Assembly (NCBI GenBank): GCA_020137815.1
Contig: CM035355.1
Location: 8,308,001 to 8,372,000 of the forward strand
Origin: Hormiphora californensis
Lineage: Eukaryota; Animalia; Ctenophora
DNA length: 64,000 bases
Direction: 5' to 3'
In this document: positions 52,001 to 63,002 of the stretch, piece after piece
Position numbering within the stretch: the first letter of the stretch is position 1
How the letters are laid out: every line of letters begins with the position of its first letter
Made by a program: the position numbers and the translations under genes
Notes under the pieces: generated by a model
Seen by the model: only the letters and a program-made list of their open reading frames with translations
Told to the model about the DNA's origin: nothing
Database searches by the model: none

Positions 52001-55000
52001 AAATTTAGCGCGAAAGCTGAGATCTCAACCGCGAAAAACTATTTTTGACTGAGAAATCATTTGCATCGTGTTTTCATTTTGAAAAGCTTTGCCTTATCCC
52101 GCGCTAATCGGGGGCCAGCAACGTTTGCCAAGGTTTCATTTGTCCATACGAGTCAACTTCACGGTTTAAATTACTTTTAGATGAATTTGGACAGCTTTGA
52201 AATTGACTAAGTATGGATAGTGAACACTCGAGGCTCGAGCTGTACCAGGAAAGAATTAGCCTACTGTGTTTTGAAATTTTGACTTTTGTTTCCGCTCATC
52301 TTATACCATCAAGTTTCCAATCCTGTATCCTTTATAGGTGAATGCCACGTCAACTAACTTCCGACCAATACACCGGGGTATCGTTCGAGTCGATACCCCT
52401 CGCAGACACACAATCTGATGCCAATGTGTGGCCAATGGAGAAACATTGAAAAAAGAGACAGATTAGTAAAATCAGCACAAAAAACATACCTTGGTCGTTC
52501 CAGTCCACTGCATCCCTACTCGTCCACGACGAGGAAGAAGAAAACTCTAACGTCAGTGGATCTTCTAGGAGGGAAAAAGGAAAATCATAACAAGGGCGAA
52601 AACCTCAGATCCTGTTAAACACTCCACCCCACCTCATCTAATCACCCAAACGTGTTAAGCTTCAGCTTAAGTCCTATAGCTAGTGGATCTACGGACAAAG
52701 CAACTAAAAAAAAGGCTCTAAAAAGATCTCAGGAGCCTCACATCAACAGAATTGACCAGTTACAGCATGTTTATAAATTCAGTTGAGGCACTTTCAGTAA
52801 ATCTTGGCAGTTTCTAAAGACACTGGCAGCGGTTAAAACAGAACTACCAGTAAAAAAAATGAACCACTAAAGGAGTGAACTTGTTCCTAAAGAACACAGA
52901 GGTCGGCGGTAGCAGTTACGAATCGCTTTCAGAAGAGGATCAGCAAACTACAGCACACCATCAACATCAAGCGGAAAGGTTCGGAAAAGCCCTAGGGGTT
53001 GTAAAACCGCACCTTTAAAGCGGCTGCGTTGGCCAGTCTTAGCACCCCGTCTTCCCCAGTGGGGTGAAATCCATGTTAAAGAGGCAGCCGTAGTAAACCT
53101 TCAAAAATTCCTGTCCGAAAAGTTTCAAAACGACCATAATTTAGACAATGTAAGAGCCCTTGAATATCCGGCAGAAACAAGGACGAAGGGCCGTTGCATC
53201 TGGCCCATCTAGTGGACAGGTTGGCCGGTTTAAGGCATCTGTCGTGGACAACCTAAGGGCCTTAAGAAGCCACACCCTTCACCAGGTTTAAACTCCAAAA
53301 AGCTGTTAAATTTTTCAACCCGAACTCACCCCAGTTGTTTGCAGTTGAACAGAAGAGAGGCAACGACTGGAGTGTAGCTGAAACGAGCGAGTTTTTGGGC
53401 CTCCTTTATCACCCTATGATACAGAACGTGATAAATGACACACCGTCTGCCGAAGGAAAAACGAAAGTATTGGAGTATCTCTCAAGGCAGATTGAACACC
53501 ACAGTTCGGAGTCCAGAGATCCATTGCAGCATTACGTGCAAACATGCCGAACTCCTGAAAACATTCAAGCAAGTATTTTCGCCATTCATCAGGAGCGAGT
53601 TCAGATGAATTGAATCGCATCCGAGAAGTATTCCCGTTTATTTCGATCTTATGAAAAACATTGTCCCATTGGTGTGAATCTAGAACCGAACATCCAGGAT
53701 TCCCGTAACAAAAAGAAAGAGGCTGTTCCACTTCCTAGGGTCAAGACCGTGCTAAACTAAGGTTGAGAACATACAAAACTGTGTCACAAGGGGAACAACT
53801 GGTGCGGATTAGCATTCAAATGGCTGAAATTGAAGCAGAAAAAGGATGATAGATGAACGATTTGTCGACTAGCGGCGAATCGAGAAAGGCGGAAACAAAG
53901 AATGGGAAGGAGGCGAGACGAGAAAGGAGGGACCGGGCTTTAGTTTACAACAGGTGAGAATTATAAAGGTATGAGAAAATGTGAATGTAAACGAGTGCAT
54001 ATAATGGAACTACATTTTTTATACAATGTATATCCTCAGGTCTGAAATTGTTTTTAACTTGTTTTGAAATGCGACAGATGAAATACTTTAATCCAACGTA
54101 ATAACTCACTGAAATTGTTCCATTCACATTTCACAAAATGCCTTTATCATCATCTTTAGACCCCCTGCTGCCCCCTTGTCCTGAGTTGTCCACTGGTACC
54201 TGTCACATGACCCCCTTTTTGTGAATCACCAAGAACCTCACTCATGATTGATGAATTTCAATCTCTTTTTAAAATGTACAAGGTGGCCCAGAAAGTTGGA
54301 TCCACTTAGAGATAACTAATGTGTCAATACATTTGCTCTACGATGTACACGAGATGTACAGAGATGTACTAGAAAAAGTGTCCCCTGAGGATTGAGATCC
54401 TAACAAATTATCACTAAGTGGCTCCACTTTCTGGCCACCCTGTAATTATCTCGTCACTACACCCACTAAAATGCACACATATATTATTTCTTATACATGG
54501 AGGATAGGAATTAATATAACGGTAATCACTAAAATGTGGAACTATAATAGCTCCGGCCCCGTTCGAGATACAGCTCTGGTGAACTACTATACATACTTTG
54601 GTGTAGCAAAAGAGATGCTACAATTATAATACAGTCGGACCCCGATTTAGGGACACCCTCGGGGGAAAGGCTCTTGTCCACTAAATCGGGGTTCCACTAA
54701 TCGGGGTCAAATAGGGTTAATTTCCTATATCGGGGGAAAAAAACCTGTCCCTAAATCGGGGTGCCACTAAATCGGGGGCCCCTGAATCGGGGTCCGACTG
54801 TATACCGATGAAAATGAACTTGTTACTCTATATAGCTATATTCCCTATTCAAAATTGATTGAAAAGTCGTTCAATTACTGTCCCAAAGCTGTCTCTCAAA
54901 CAAGGTCGGCGGTGCAGCTCACAGATAAATTCCAGATTTGTGGTCATCACCCGTTAGTACTATATTTATTTCCATATCAAATTTAGATAAAGATTCCACT

Positions 55001-55095
55001 AAATTAGACTTTTATTAAGAGTGTAGCACTAGAGACCTCACACCGCTATAAAGCTCCAAACACAACCTAATCCCTACCTACCCATCCCCCCCCCC

Positions 55096-55151
<56 letters not shown>

Positions 55152-57783
55152 GTAGGTATTTGGTTATTATTGAGTCACGGTTATTTTACACTGAAACAGT
55201 TTATCAAGAACGGTGTTCCTGTCTCAAAATCGAGGTAGGAGACTCAAGCTGGCTCACTTTTGTTTATTGGACAGATAGTGTGCGTTTTTAACCTTCAGTA
55301 GTCGTGCGACATGGATAGAAACACTCCTTTAGACTTGAGGTAACCCCTCCCTCCCCTTCAGGTTATAATAAGCTGATTGAATGGACTGTATTTGTGATGC
55401 AGTGGGTTAACGATATAAGATCCTAGCAGTTATCTAGCATTCTAGGTGGTGTTGGACCCATGCACTCATTTATTCAGGTTAGTTAAAATCTAAGTCATTC
55501 CGGAATTAGATCGGGCATAACTTTGGCAGGTGAGAAGAAGCCCGACCGGTTAAGGGACCCTTTAAGGGACCCTTTTAGGGACCCTTAAGGAACCTAGAAA
55601 GTTAAGGGACCCTTTAAGGGACCCTAGGAAGTTAAGGGACCCTTTAATGAGGTAGAACGAATCGTGAGCAGTACCCTCGTATCAGTTCACATTGTAAGCG
55701 GTTCCGTCGCGTCGCTAATGAGGTACACCGAATCGTGAGCACTGAGCAGTGAGCAGTACCGTGTATCGGTTTACATCTCTGTCTCTCCCTCTGTCTCTGT
55801 CTCCCCCTCTGTGTCTGACTCTGTCCCTCTCTATGGCTCTCCCTCTGTCTCTGTCTCCCCCTCTGTCTCTGTCTCTGTCTTTGTCTCTGTCTCTGTCTCT
55901 GTCGCTCCCTCTGTCTCTGTCTCCCCCTCTGTCTCTGTCCCTCTCTCTGTCTCTGTCTCAGTCTCTGTATCTCTCTCTCCCTCTGTCTCTGCCTCTTTCG
56001 CTCGCTTTCTCTCTTACAATGTGAACTGATACGAGGGTACTGCTCACGATTCGTTCTACCTCATTAAAGGGTCCCTTAACTTCCTAAGGTCCCTTAAAGG
56101 GTCCCTTAACTTTCTAGGGTCCCTTAAAGGGTCCCTTAACCGGTCAGGCTTCTTCTCACCTGCCATAACTTTTATCAGATACATTCTAACCCCACCCTCA
56201 TCATCTCAGTTATTCTCTAGCGTGGTAGACCTAGTTTACCTGCCAGTCCAGCTGTACACCTACACTCTACAGAGGGGTGCTAACAGTTTCACTCTCTTAC
56301 AACTTACCACTAAACTCTTCGCCAGTATTCAGGTTTGGTGATGCTTGATTATCAAACATTGATAAACTTTGATAAATGTATGATTGATGTCTTTTCAAAA
56401 ACCCTTAATCCTTAATTCATAGGTATTTTCAAAATTTCAGTCCCCCTAACTCCCCCTAATTCCCCTCCCCTCACAGTGACTCACTGTAACAACCCATCAT
56501 CTCTCACAGAGCGTTACCGAGGTGAAATATGACCTGGCATCACCCGCCCAAATCAGAAGGGACTCCCTCAAACACCACGCAGACATGAGATAGGGACTGG
56601 TTTACCAGGTCAGAACCCCATATTTCAACACGAATTTTCAGTTCGTATCTCATATATAATAATCAATAAACCCGGGTTATATGTAGCGGGTCACCTGCAA
56701 GGGTGATTCGCTACACCAGGCACCCCACAGAAGAAGATGAATGGTGATTCGCTACACCATATACTGTCCTACCTGCGAAGGAGCTCAGGGAGGGTGGTAT
56801 ATGGTATAAAACCCGACCAAAGGGAGGGTTTATACTTTCTATAAGCAAGGATTTATTGATTATAAGTTTTAGCGGCAGAGACATTTATGCTTTTTATAGC
56901 GGCTGGGAGAGGGGGATGGTCATCTTTACACTTGCCACTGGGGTTTTTAATTTAAATAACTGACCCCCATCTCCCCTCTCGCTAGGTATATCGTGGAAAA
57001 TTTAAACGATAAAAGAATTTCGTGACCAAACCTAAATCAAACATTGGCTAGTGGCTACATATTGACTCAGGTTTGTGTGGTCCTTCATTGTACAAGTCAT
57101 ATTGGATAACTAGTAACTCTTTTCTTTTATCACTCTCCCCTTTGCAGATAACCAAAAGATGAAGTTGTTCGCCCATACCACGAATTTCGTGACCGAACCT
57201 AAATCAAACATTCGCTACTTATTGACTCAGGTTTGTGTGGTCCTTTATTGTACAAGTCATATTGGATAACTAGTAACTCTTTTGTTTTATCACTCTCCCC
57301 TTTGCAGATAACCGAAAGATGAAGTTGTTGGCCCATACCACGAATTTCTGTGTAACCATCCTACCTGAAAATGTAATCATCCCCCTGAAAATGTATCTAT
57401 CTAATTATTTAATCGAAAGAAACCATCACAGACTTTCTCTCAGAGTGAGTTATATTTTGTCGCAGTCAGATTGACTACTATTATTACTCCAACAAACACA
57501 CTTTTATAACCAAACAAATCACCTTTGTTTTATCTTGTTTTTGTTTGAAATTTGACATTGGTTTGAATGTATCATGTCCTGCAATTTAGCGGTTGTCGCT
57601 CCCTAGTGTACACTGTACCGGGTACCCCCTCCTCTCTTCCTCTCTCTCTCCCTCTCTCTTTCTCTCTCTCTCTCTCTCCTCATCTCTCTCTCTTTCTCCC
57701 TCTCATCTCTCTCCCTCTCTCTCTCTCTCCTCTCTCTCTCTCCTCTCTCATCTCGTCTCTCTCTATCTCTCTCCTATCTCTCT

Positions 57784-57823
<40 letters not shown>

Positions 57824-59655
57824 CTCTCTCCTCATTTCTCTTCTCCTCTCTCTATACTCTTATCGTCTCTCTCTCTCGTATCTCTCTCGTTCTTGTCATC
57901 ATCTCTGTGACGCTTGTCAGAGCGCTACAAGAGGAACCGAGGAACTTGCATCTCCACAGTTTGGTGGCAACTTTGTCGCAAATTTTGCTAGGATACTCCA
58001 TAACGTAACGCGCGCGGTCATAGGAATAGTCTCATCCGCGCGTTGTGTGTCCATTATTGTGCTTCATCACTGGTTAGACTTTTGCAATTGATGGCATCCC
58101 ATTAATGACGCGCGGTTCAGTTAGAGTTTCCCCTTACTACAGATACCTAAATCACAAATCTTCGCCTGGGAAGTTACTTCTAAAAACTATTACAAAACTG
58201 CTCAGGGGTGGGACTACTCACTTGAAGTAGAGTTGTTGTTCTCTGGATATTTCGTGGGCACTGACCCCATTCACTGCGTCCACATCTCCAATGAAATAGT
58301 TGGGGCATCTAAAAAGTGAAATAAAGTATACTGAAACCCGCTATGTTGCCAGTGTTGTCAGTAAATAGCAACACAATGAATATTCAATCTACTGGATAAT
58401 ATATGAGAACAATAATATATGAGAACAATAAACAATACAAACATCCACTACCCTACCTAGTATACAACTGTACAAGTATTCACTACCTCTACACTATTAC
58501 AAGACACATGTACTACCTAGTATAAGTTGATTCTCCTCCAGTGCAGGATTATCAGGTATGGCAGGCATTTGACCCTCAATAGTTAGCCAGTGAATCTTGA
58601 CTTGTACATCCAGGGGTACCTGCAGCAACATGAAATTAGATCTTAGAATCCTTATTGTTGTTGGCATGTACACAAACTGTGTACAATGTACATTCAGTCC
58701 GTTATGCACGCTGTGTCTGAGGGAGCTATGTATTCCCGCGCGTCCGACCCCGAATTAGACACCGCGCGCTACAGACACTTCACTGGAAAGTGTGTCACAG
58801 AGTCAGGGCCACATGGACCCAGATGTTCCAGAGAATGGTCTTCCTCATTCCTGCACGTGCAAGATGCCGCGCGTTTCATTTCCGTTCTCTTGTCCTTGTG
58901 TGGTTGTTACCTTTGGAGGGGGAGCATTAATGAGAGCGTCTAGATCAAGCTCTTCATCCTTTGGGGCGTATATCTCTCTTCCCCTGCTGGACACCATCGC
59001 ATACCTGAGTGGGGGGAGAGTAAACCATCATATTCTTAAATCCGGGTGTGGGAGAGTACCGGGGTGGGATCTACTGCTGTAGATGGGGGAAGCTAGATAG
59101 TATTGGGACCGGGTTTCAACTTGTGTAGCTCATACTGCACTATGAGGTCGGCAGGGCAACTATAAACTCACTTTCTTGGTTTCTGTATGGTCGACACGTA
59201 AAGTGGTATGGGCCTCTTGCTAGCTCTCTCCAGGTGTTCTTGTCTTAGCTCAGTAGAGTTTGACATCAACTTGAATTTTAGGGCATCTCGTACCAATGTT
59301 CGACACTGAAATGCACAGGGCTAGCTAAAAGGGGTTGAGAATGGTGTGCGAAAAGGGTGGGAAATGTGAGATTCAAATTGTTCTGGAAATGGTAAACAGA
59401 GAATTATTGGACAAGAGAGAAAGGTGGGTTGAGGTACCTGATCCTAAAATGAGACAACACAATTTACCTGGAGAACACGTCATGATTACCTGGAGAAGGC
59501 ATGCCAGGGGGAAGCTATCATAACTTTACCTGTAGAAGTGCCTGTGTAGCCAGATAGTTGGTACAATCAGGTTTCAAGTCCCGTATACCAATACTCTCTG
59601 CTATACACTTGATACTCTCAGCACTGAGCTCGTTCTCACACTCCCCATCAGCCAT
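37005..59655 (-). CDS. TAF6: TFIID subunit 6, ~11 exons, with a 19.75-kb intron (38469-58221)
   Basis: ESIKCIAESIGI (histone fold), [123 protein letters not shown]; stop ~37005. One or two phase problems suggest sequence errors or a missed micro-exon. Confidence 0.93.
38555..38685 (+). repeat. Left terminal inverted repeat (131 bp)
   Basis: Exact reverse complement of 58003-58133 by manual comparison. Confidence 0.95.
40732..43800 (-). pseudogene. Degenerate, intron-containing Harbinger (HARBI1/DDE_Tnp_4-like) transposase
   Basis: MTNRYVLSDSSSSSSSDSGDEF (ATG 43800); WWTYEQDLTEKKFQSKFRV; KGLAICMRWISKG; IVKDFNSMGGIQ|GAVGAIDGTHIPVRA (exon 42809-42900, first catalytic Asp); C-terminal exon VQVISACCRLHNLL (40732-~41009). 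Exons for the second Asp and the Glu were not found. Confidence 0.85.
41625..41746. mobile_element. Tc1/mariner-type MITE (short relative of 54632-54800)
   Basis: TA-CAGTCGGA...TCCGACTG-TA; shared internal aatttcctatatcggggg. Confidence 0.7.
43798..51570. repeat. ~500-bp satellite array, ~6 copies forward then ~8 copies inverted (switch at ~46940)
   Basis: Unit contains catgataatgaactacattagccgtag...accgttcaacggtacgaggtgcc...ttctaaccagttaggcg; copies differ mainly by scattered indels; no persistent ORF. Confidence 0.92.
47845..48539. mobile_element. Non-autonomous TIR element with 8-bp TSD inserted into a satellite unit
   Basis: TIR CCCAGTGGCAG(G/A)AAGATGA at both ends; TSD CTAATACA at 47837-47844 and 48540-48547; the satellite unit resumes in register. 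Confidence 0.85.
53335..53940 (+). pseudogene. Myb/SANT-like DNA-binding protein remnant (Harbinger second ORF)
   Basis: NDWSVAETSEFLGLLY...KVLEYLSRQI...CRTPENIQ resembles the W-x3-ET-x2-L helix of Myb/SANT-like trihelix domains; followed by a frameshifted charged tail (ERKAETKNGKEARRERRDRAL); divergent to the transposase. Confidence 0.6.
54279..54442. mobile_element. Tc1/mariner-type MITE
   Basis: TA-CAAGGTGGCCCAGAAAGT...ACTTTCTGGCCACCCTG-TA, imperfect ~35-bp TIRs. Confidence 0.7.
54632..54800. mobile_element. Tc1/mariner-type MITE
   Basis: TA-CAGTCGGACCCCGATT...AATCGGGGTCCGACTG-TA. Confidence 0.85.
55156..56608 (+). pseudogene. ATG2: Four-exon fragment of an ATG2 gene (C-terminal region) with in-frame stops, inside the Harbinger element
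   Basis: Exons 55156-55234, 55362-55477 (QWVNDIRS*QLSSILGGVGPMHSFIQ), 56210-56332 (LFSSVVDLVYLPVQLY..LQRGANSF..LQLTTKLFASIQ), 56510-56608 (SVTEVKYDLASP...ADMR*GL), all with AG/GT ends; matches the ATG2 motif EWLNDI..QLPGILGGVGPMHSLVQL..DL.WLP...QRGA.SF. Confidence 0.82.
55525..56164. mobile_element. MITE with GG termini, long TIRs and 8-bp TSD (Merlin-like) in an intron of the ATG2 fragment
   Basis: GGCAGGTGAGAAGAAGCC...GGCTTCTTCTCACCTGCC; TSD ATAACTTT at 55517-55524 and 56165-56172; subterminal AAGGGACCC repeats. Confidence 0.82.
57016..57347 (+). repeat. Tandem duplication of a ~165-bp exon-intron-like unit
   Basis: Two copies of gaatttcgtgacc...attgactcag|gtttgt...ctcccctttgcag|ataacc...ccataccac. 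Confidence 0.8.
58003..58133 (-). repeat. Right terminal inverted repeat (131 bp)
   Basis: Reverse complement of 38555-38685, followed by TTA. Confidence 0.95.
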
Positions 59656-59989
59656 GATTGCTATGAGAGAGGGAATTGAGAGGGAGTTGAGAGGGAATTG
59701 AGAGGGAGTAGGAGGACGGGGCTAGTGAAATTGGGCCAATTGAGGGGTGTTGTGGTTGGGGTTTGAGGAATACAAATTACTCCAGCCCAAATAACCCTCT
59801 GTTATTAACTAGATGGAGTGGTAAGAAGGTGACCAGGTGTTTCAATAGCTCCTACTAGAGAATAATTAAAGGTACACCCCCGCCCCCAATTTAAATAGTT
59901 TCACAATACCTCTCAGTTAAACTCTGCACACACCGGTTTGGAAGAAGGAGGGGGTTGGAGAGAGATGTGACACAAAGGTGCAAAACACA

Positions 59990-60080
59990 CCTGCTTATAC
60001 CCAGTCACGTGACTTTAAATACTGGCTTCCTATTGGTTGAACCGTGGACAAACATCACGTCCCCTATAATATATTGGGTG
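59990..60080. promoter_or_regulatory. Candidate bidirectional promoter between TAF6 and the TM2-domain gene
   Basis: Palindromic E-box GTCACGTGAC (60004-60013) and two ATTGG (reverse CCAAT) motifs between divergent start codons. Confidence 0.35.
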
Positions 60081-60302
60081 GCAATCTATAGATTCTTTAG
60101 TTATACACCTTAGCAACTTGTAGCTCTGGTAGCTGACAACAGGTGTGTGCGTGTGTGTAATAGAGAGAGGGAGAGATCAGGGAAAGGGGTGTCACTTAGT
60201 GCGTGGACATTGTGTAGTTTGAGTTGAGTTGACTGGACATTATTAATTTAGTGTCTATTACTATTACTATTAGTGTCTAAAGTTAACTACTATTGTAGTT
60301 AA

Positions 60303-60753
60303 AGGTTGACAAGATACCTAAAACTTTTCGTATATCGTCTTATTTTGATTTATCATTAATTTTCAGCATTTTTTCAGAATTTTTTGTCGGCTAGAAATAT
60401 GTGCAAAATAGGGGGTCTACTGACAAATGAGTGTGCCTTTTTTTAAAATTGATAACGTAATATCTCCGGTTCCTGATGAGATACAGAAACCGTTTTGGTA
60501 GCGTTGGAAAGGTCTTATTGAGACCAATCCAACGCAACCAAGATCAAGTCTTTATCTTTTGAGGAACCGGAAACGTGAATTTCAATTTGCGAGACGCAGT
60601 GAGTGTGCCCAGTAAAACCAGTGCTGACAATATCGGTAGACCCCCTATTTCGAATTTTTTTCTAGCCGACAAAAAATTCTGAAAAAATGCTGAAAATTAA
60701 TGATAAATCAAAATAAGACGATATACGAAAAGTTTTAGGTATCTTGTCAACCT
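60303..60753. mobile_element. Kolobok-like MITE
   Basis: TTAA-AGGTTGACAAGATACC...GGTATCTTGTCAACCT-TTAA; ~95-bp near-perfect TIRs; purine-purine 5' terminus with TTAA TSD. Confidence 0.85.
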
Positions 60754-60836
60754 TTAACTTTAGTTGATAGTGTTGATTAATTAGTTAAACAGTTACTACA
60801 GTGTGATAACCTATTACCAATACACCCGATAGTATA

Positions 60837-61127
60837 ATGATGGAGGGTAAAGTGTTTACTGATAGCGACAGTGGAGATGAAGACGCTACTGAAAACAAGA
60901 AACAGTACTCCGTGGTCAAGGCTTACTTATGGTACTTATTATAGTGATTGAAGTTATCCAATTTCTAATAACTTTTAGCATTATCAAGTTTGTCCCTCAC
61001 TAAAGATCCTCCTTTCTATCCTGCAGGTTTGTGTTTACTGGGTTTATGGGTGGACATCACATGTACCTAGGAAGGGATTATCACGCAGTTCTAACAATCA
61101 CCACAGTAGCAGGACTCTATGGACTAG
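60837..61127 (+). CDS. First two exons of a TM2-domain membrane protein gene (DNAJC22-like); remainder not seen in window
   Basis: Exons 60837-60931 and 61027-61127 splice to MMEGK...YSVVKAYLWFVFTGFMGGHHMYLGRDYHAVLTITTVAGLYGLG, cf. DNAJC22 N-terminus GLHHLYLGRDSHALLW..TLGG.GLG. Confidence 0.75.
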
Positions 61128-61694
61128 GTGAGAATCGGATTACAGTTGTCTTACAATTTGTAGTGTGCAGTTGATACATTCAATCGGTGCCGGGTTAGGG
61201 CCGGGTAACGTTAGGGCCAAGTAGAGGGGGATGGGGAAAGGGCACTGGGTGGATAGGGGTTGGTCAAGAAAATCACAGGAATCGCCATAAAACTCTTCTG
61301 TTAAGAAGAAAAACATTTATAAATAATGGTAGGCGTAGATAGTACGCTGTAAAATAATAACAAATGTCAACTAACTAATAGTTAGTAACTGATCTGATTT
61401 AATTAAATCATCCGCTAAGGATGTTATCTTATATTTCGAGAGTTACTCGCTTCAATGTCAATCTTCATATAAATAGTCAAACAAACCGGACCTCGTTCCC
61501 ACCGAGTCCAGTAATTGGAAGACCATTAATTGTCAGTTAGTCAGCTTGGCTCACATAGGAAGAGAAAGAGAGAGATGATCTGGCTGCAATATATCCCAAT
61601 AAAACACAGAACTCTGTCCAGGGGGATCTGTCCTCTCACGCAGGACAAGAGAGAAAGTGATGTCCCAATAAAACACAGTTCAACTGTGATCTCC

Positions 61695-63002
61695 CTAAAC
61701 CCTATCTCCGGGGTCATCCTCCTCTACTTTCCTTCTCTTGCAGTCCCTCCTCTGTTCTCTCTCACTATCTGGTAACTTCCTAAACCCGAACACCATATAA
61801 CAATTGATAACCTCCCACTCCTCTCTAGAGATAGTCCCCTGACTATTCAACCCCCTCGTCTTGCTAACCACATCGACCTCCTTCATCTTCCCATCATTAT
61901 CATAGATGTACTCAGAGAAGGGTGCCTCTAACACACACTCACACCCCTCAGCCTCCAACATTGTCTTCAGAAGGGGGAAGTGGATCAGGTACTCAGGAAG
62001 GGTCTCTACAGCTCCGTCCAGATAGAACACATATTTAGATGAGAACAGAGGGAAGTTGGTTATACCTGGCTGTGTGAAGTCTACGTGAAACACACCATTA
62101 CCAAACCTTGTATCACCCCCTGTCAGTGTCTTGTATCGCTTAACAAAGTAATCTGATCGGGGAATTGTACCAAAGAAGAAGCAGTTTGGTTTTAATCTGC
62201 TGGTAGCATTTTTAATCATCCTGACTGCTTGGGCCTGACTCTCGAAGGCGTAGTGAAGTGCGAACTGGCAGGATACAAGATCAAACTCTACATCGTGTAT
62301 CTGGTGTTCTGTATACTTATCAGATAAGTTGTCCCTAGTACAGTCTGACACTATGAAGTTAGCTTTGAATGTCAACTCTCTAGGTCTCTCCTCGTATCTA
62401 GTTTTACACTGGGCTATACTGACATCTGCAATATCAACACACACCACGTGGGATGGCTTAGCTAGTCCCCACTTCCTCAGATCACCACCCTTACCACACG
62501 CCAGGTCCAGTATAACAGCTCCCCTATCTCCAAGGGGTCCTATCCTGGCCCGGAAATCATTCATGACCAGGCTCTTCACGTAGTTGTTGAATCCTCTGAG
62601 GTTAGCTATGCGGCTGTCACCTCGCTGGGCCAGGGATACTTGTTCTAACTTATTGTAGTGTTGCCTGGCTAGCTCAGCGTTCTCGTGGTTAGGTGGTTTA
62701 GTGACCTCGTTGTTAGGTGGTTTAGTATCGTCAGTAGTAGATTTGGAGGTCTGCACTTCTGAGCAGGGGATTGTCTCTGATGTTTGGTCGGTCTTGGAGT
62801 AGGAGTCGGTCTTGGAGTAGGAGTCTGTAGATTTTGAAGGGGAAGACTCCCGAGATGAAGACGCTTTAGATTTGGAAGACAGTTTGGGTATTTTAGGAAA
62901 CTTTGGTAGTTTAACAGAGGCCAGGAAGGGTTTTTTAGTTGGTTTTGGATCGGGGGTTTCTTCATCTTGAGAGAGGTCTTCAAATGTCTGGGAGCGTTTC
63001 AT
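61695..63002 (-). CDS. RNMT: mRNA cap guanine-N7 methyltransferase, intronless
   Basis: HYNKL...SRIANLRGFNNYVKS, ILDLACGKGGDLRKW, FDLVSCQFALHYAFES, LPEYLIHFP, ISREEWEVINCYMVFGFRK. Confidence 0.96.
   Translation of the reverse strand: MKRSQTFEDLSQDEETPDPKPTKKPFLASVKLPKFPKIPKLSSKSKASSSRESSPSKSTDSYSKTDSYSKTDQTSETIPCSEVQTSKSTTDDTKPPNNEVTKPPNHENAELARQHYNKLEQVSLAQRGDSRIANLRGFNNYVKSLVMNDFRARIGPLGDRGAVILDLACGKGGDLRKWGLAKPSHVVCVDIADVSIAQCKTRYEERPRELTFKANFIVSDCTRDNLSDKYTEHQIHDVEFDLVSCQFALHYAFESQAQAVRMIKNATSRLKPNCFFFGTIPRSDYFVKRYKTLTGGDTRFGNGVFHVDFTQPGITNFPLFSSKYVFYLDGAVETLPEYLIHFPLLKTMLEAEGCECVLEAPFSEYIYDNDGKMKEVDVVSKTRGLNSQGTISREEWEVINCYMVFGFRKLPDSEREQRRDCKRRKVEEDDPGDRV

Larger units (their letters stand above)
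38555..58133. mobile_element. Giant (19,579 bp) PIF/Harbinger-type DNA transposon inserted in a TAF6 intron
   Basis: Identical 131-bp TIRs starting GGGGAAACTCTAACTG; TTA direct repeat at 38552-38554 and 58134-58136; internal Harbinger transposase and Myb/SANT-like remnants; removing element plus one TSD leaves a 171-bp intron. Confidence 0.88.

Noticed and set aside
55749-58091. Ser/Leu-rich ORFs
   Set aside because: Translations of (CT)n/(CTCTGT)n microsatellites.
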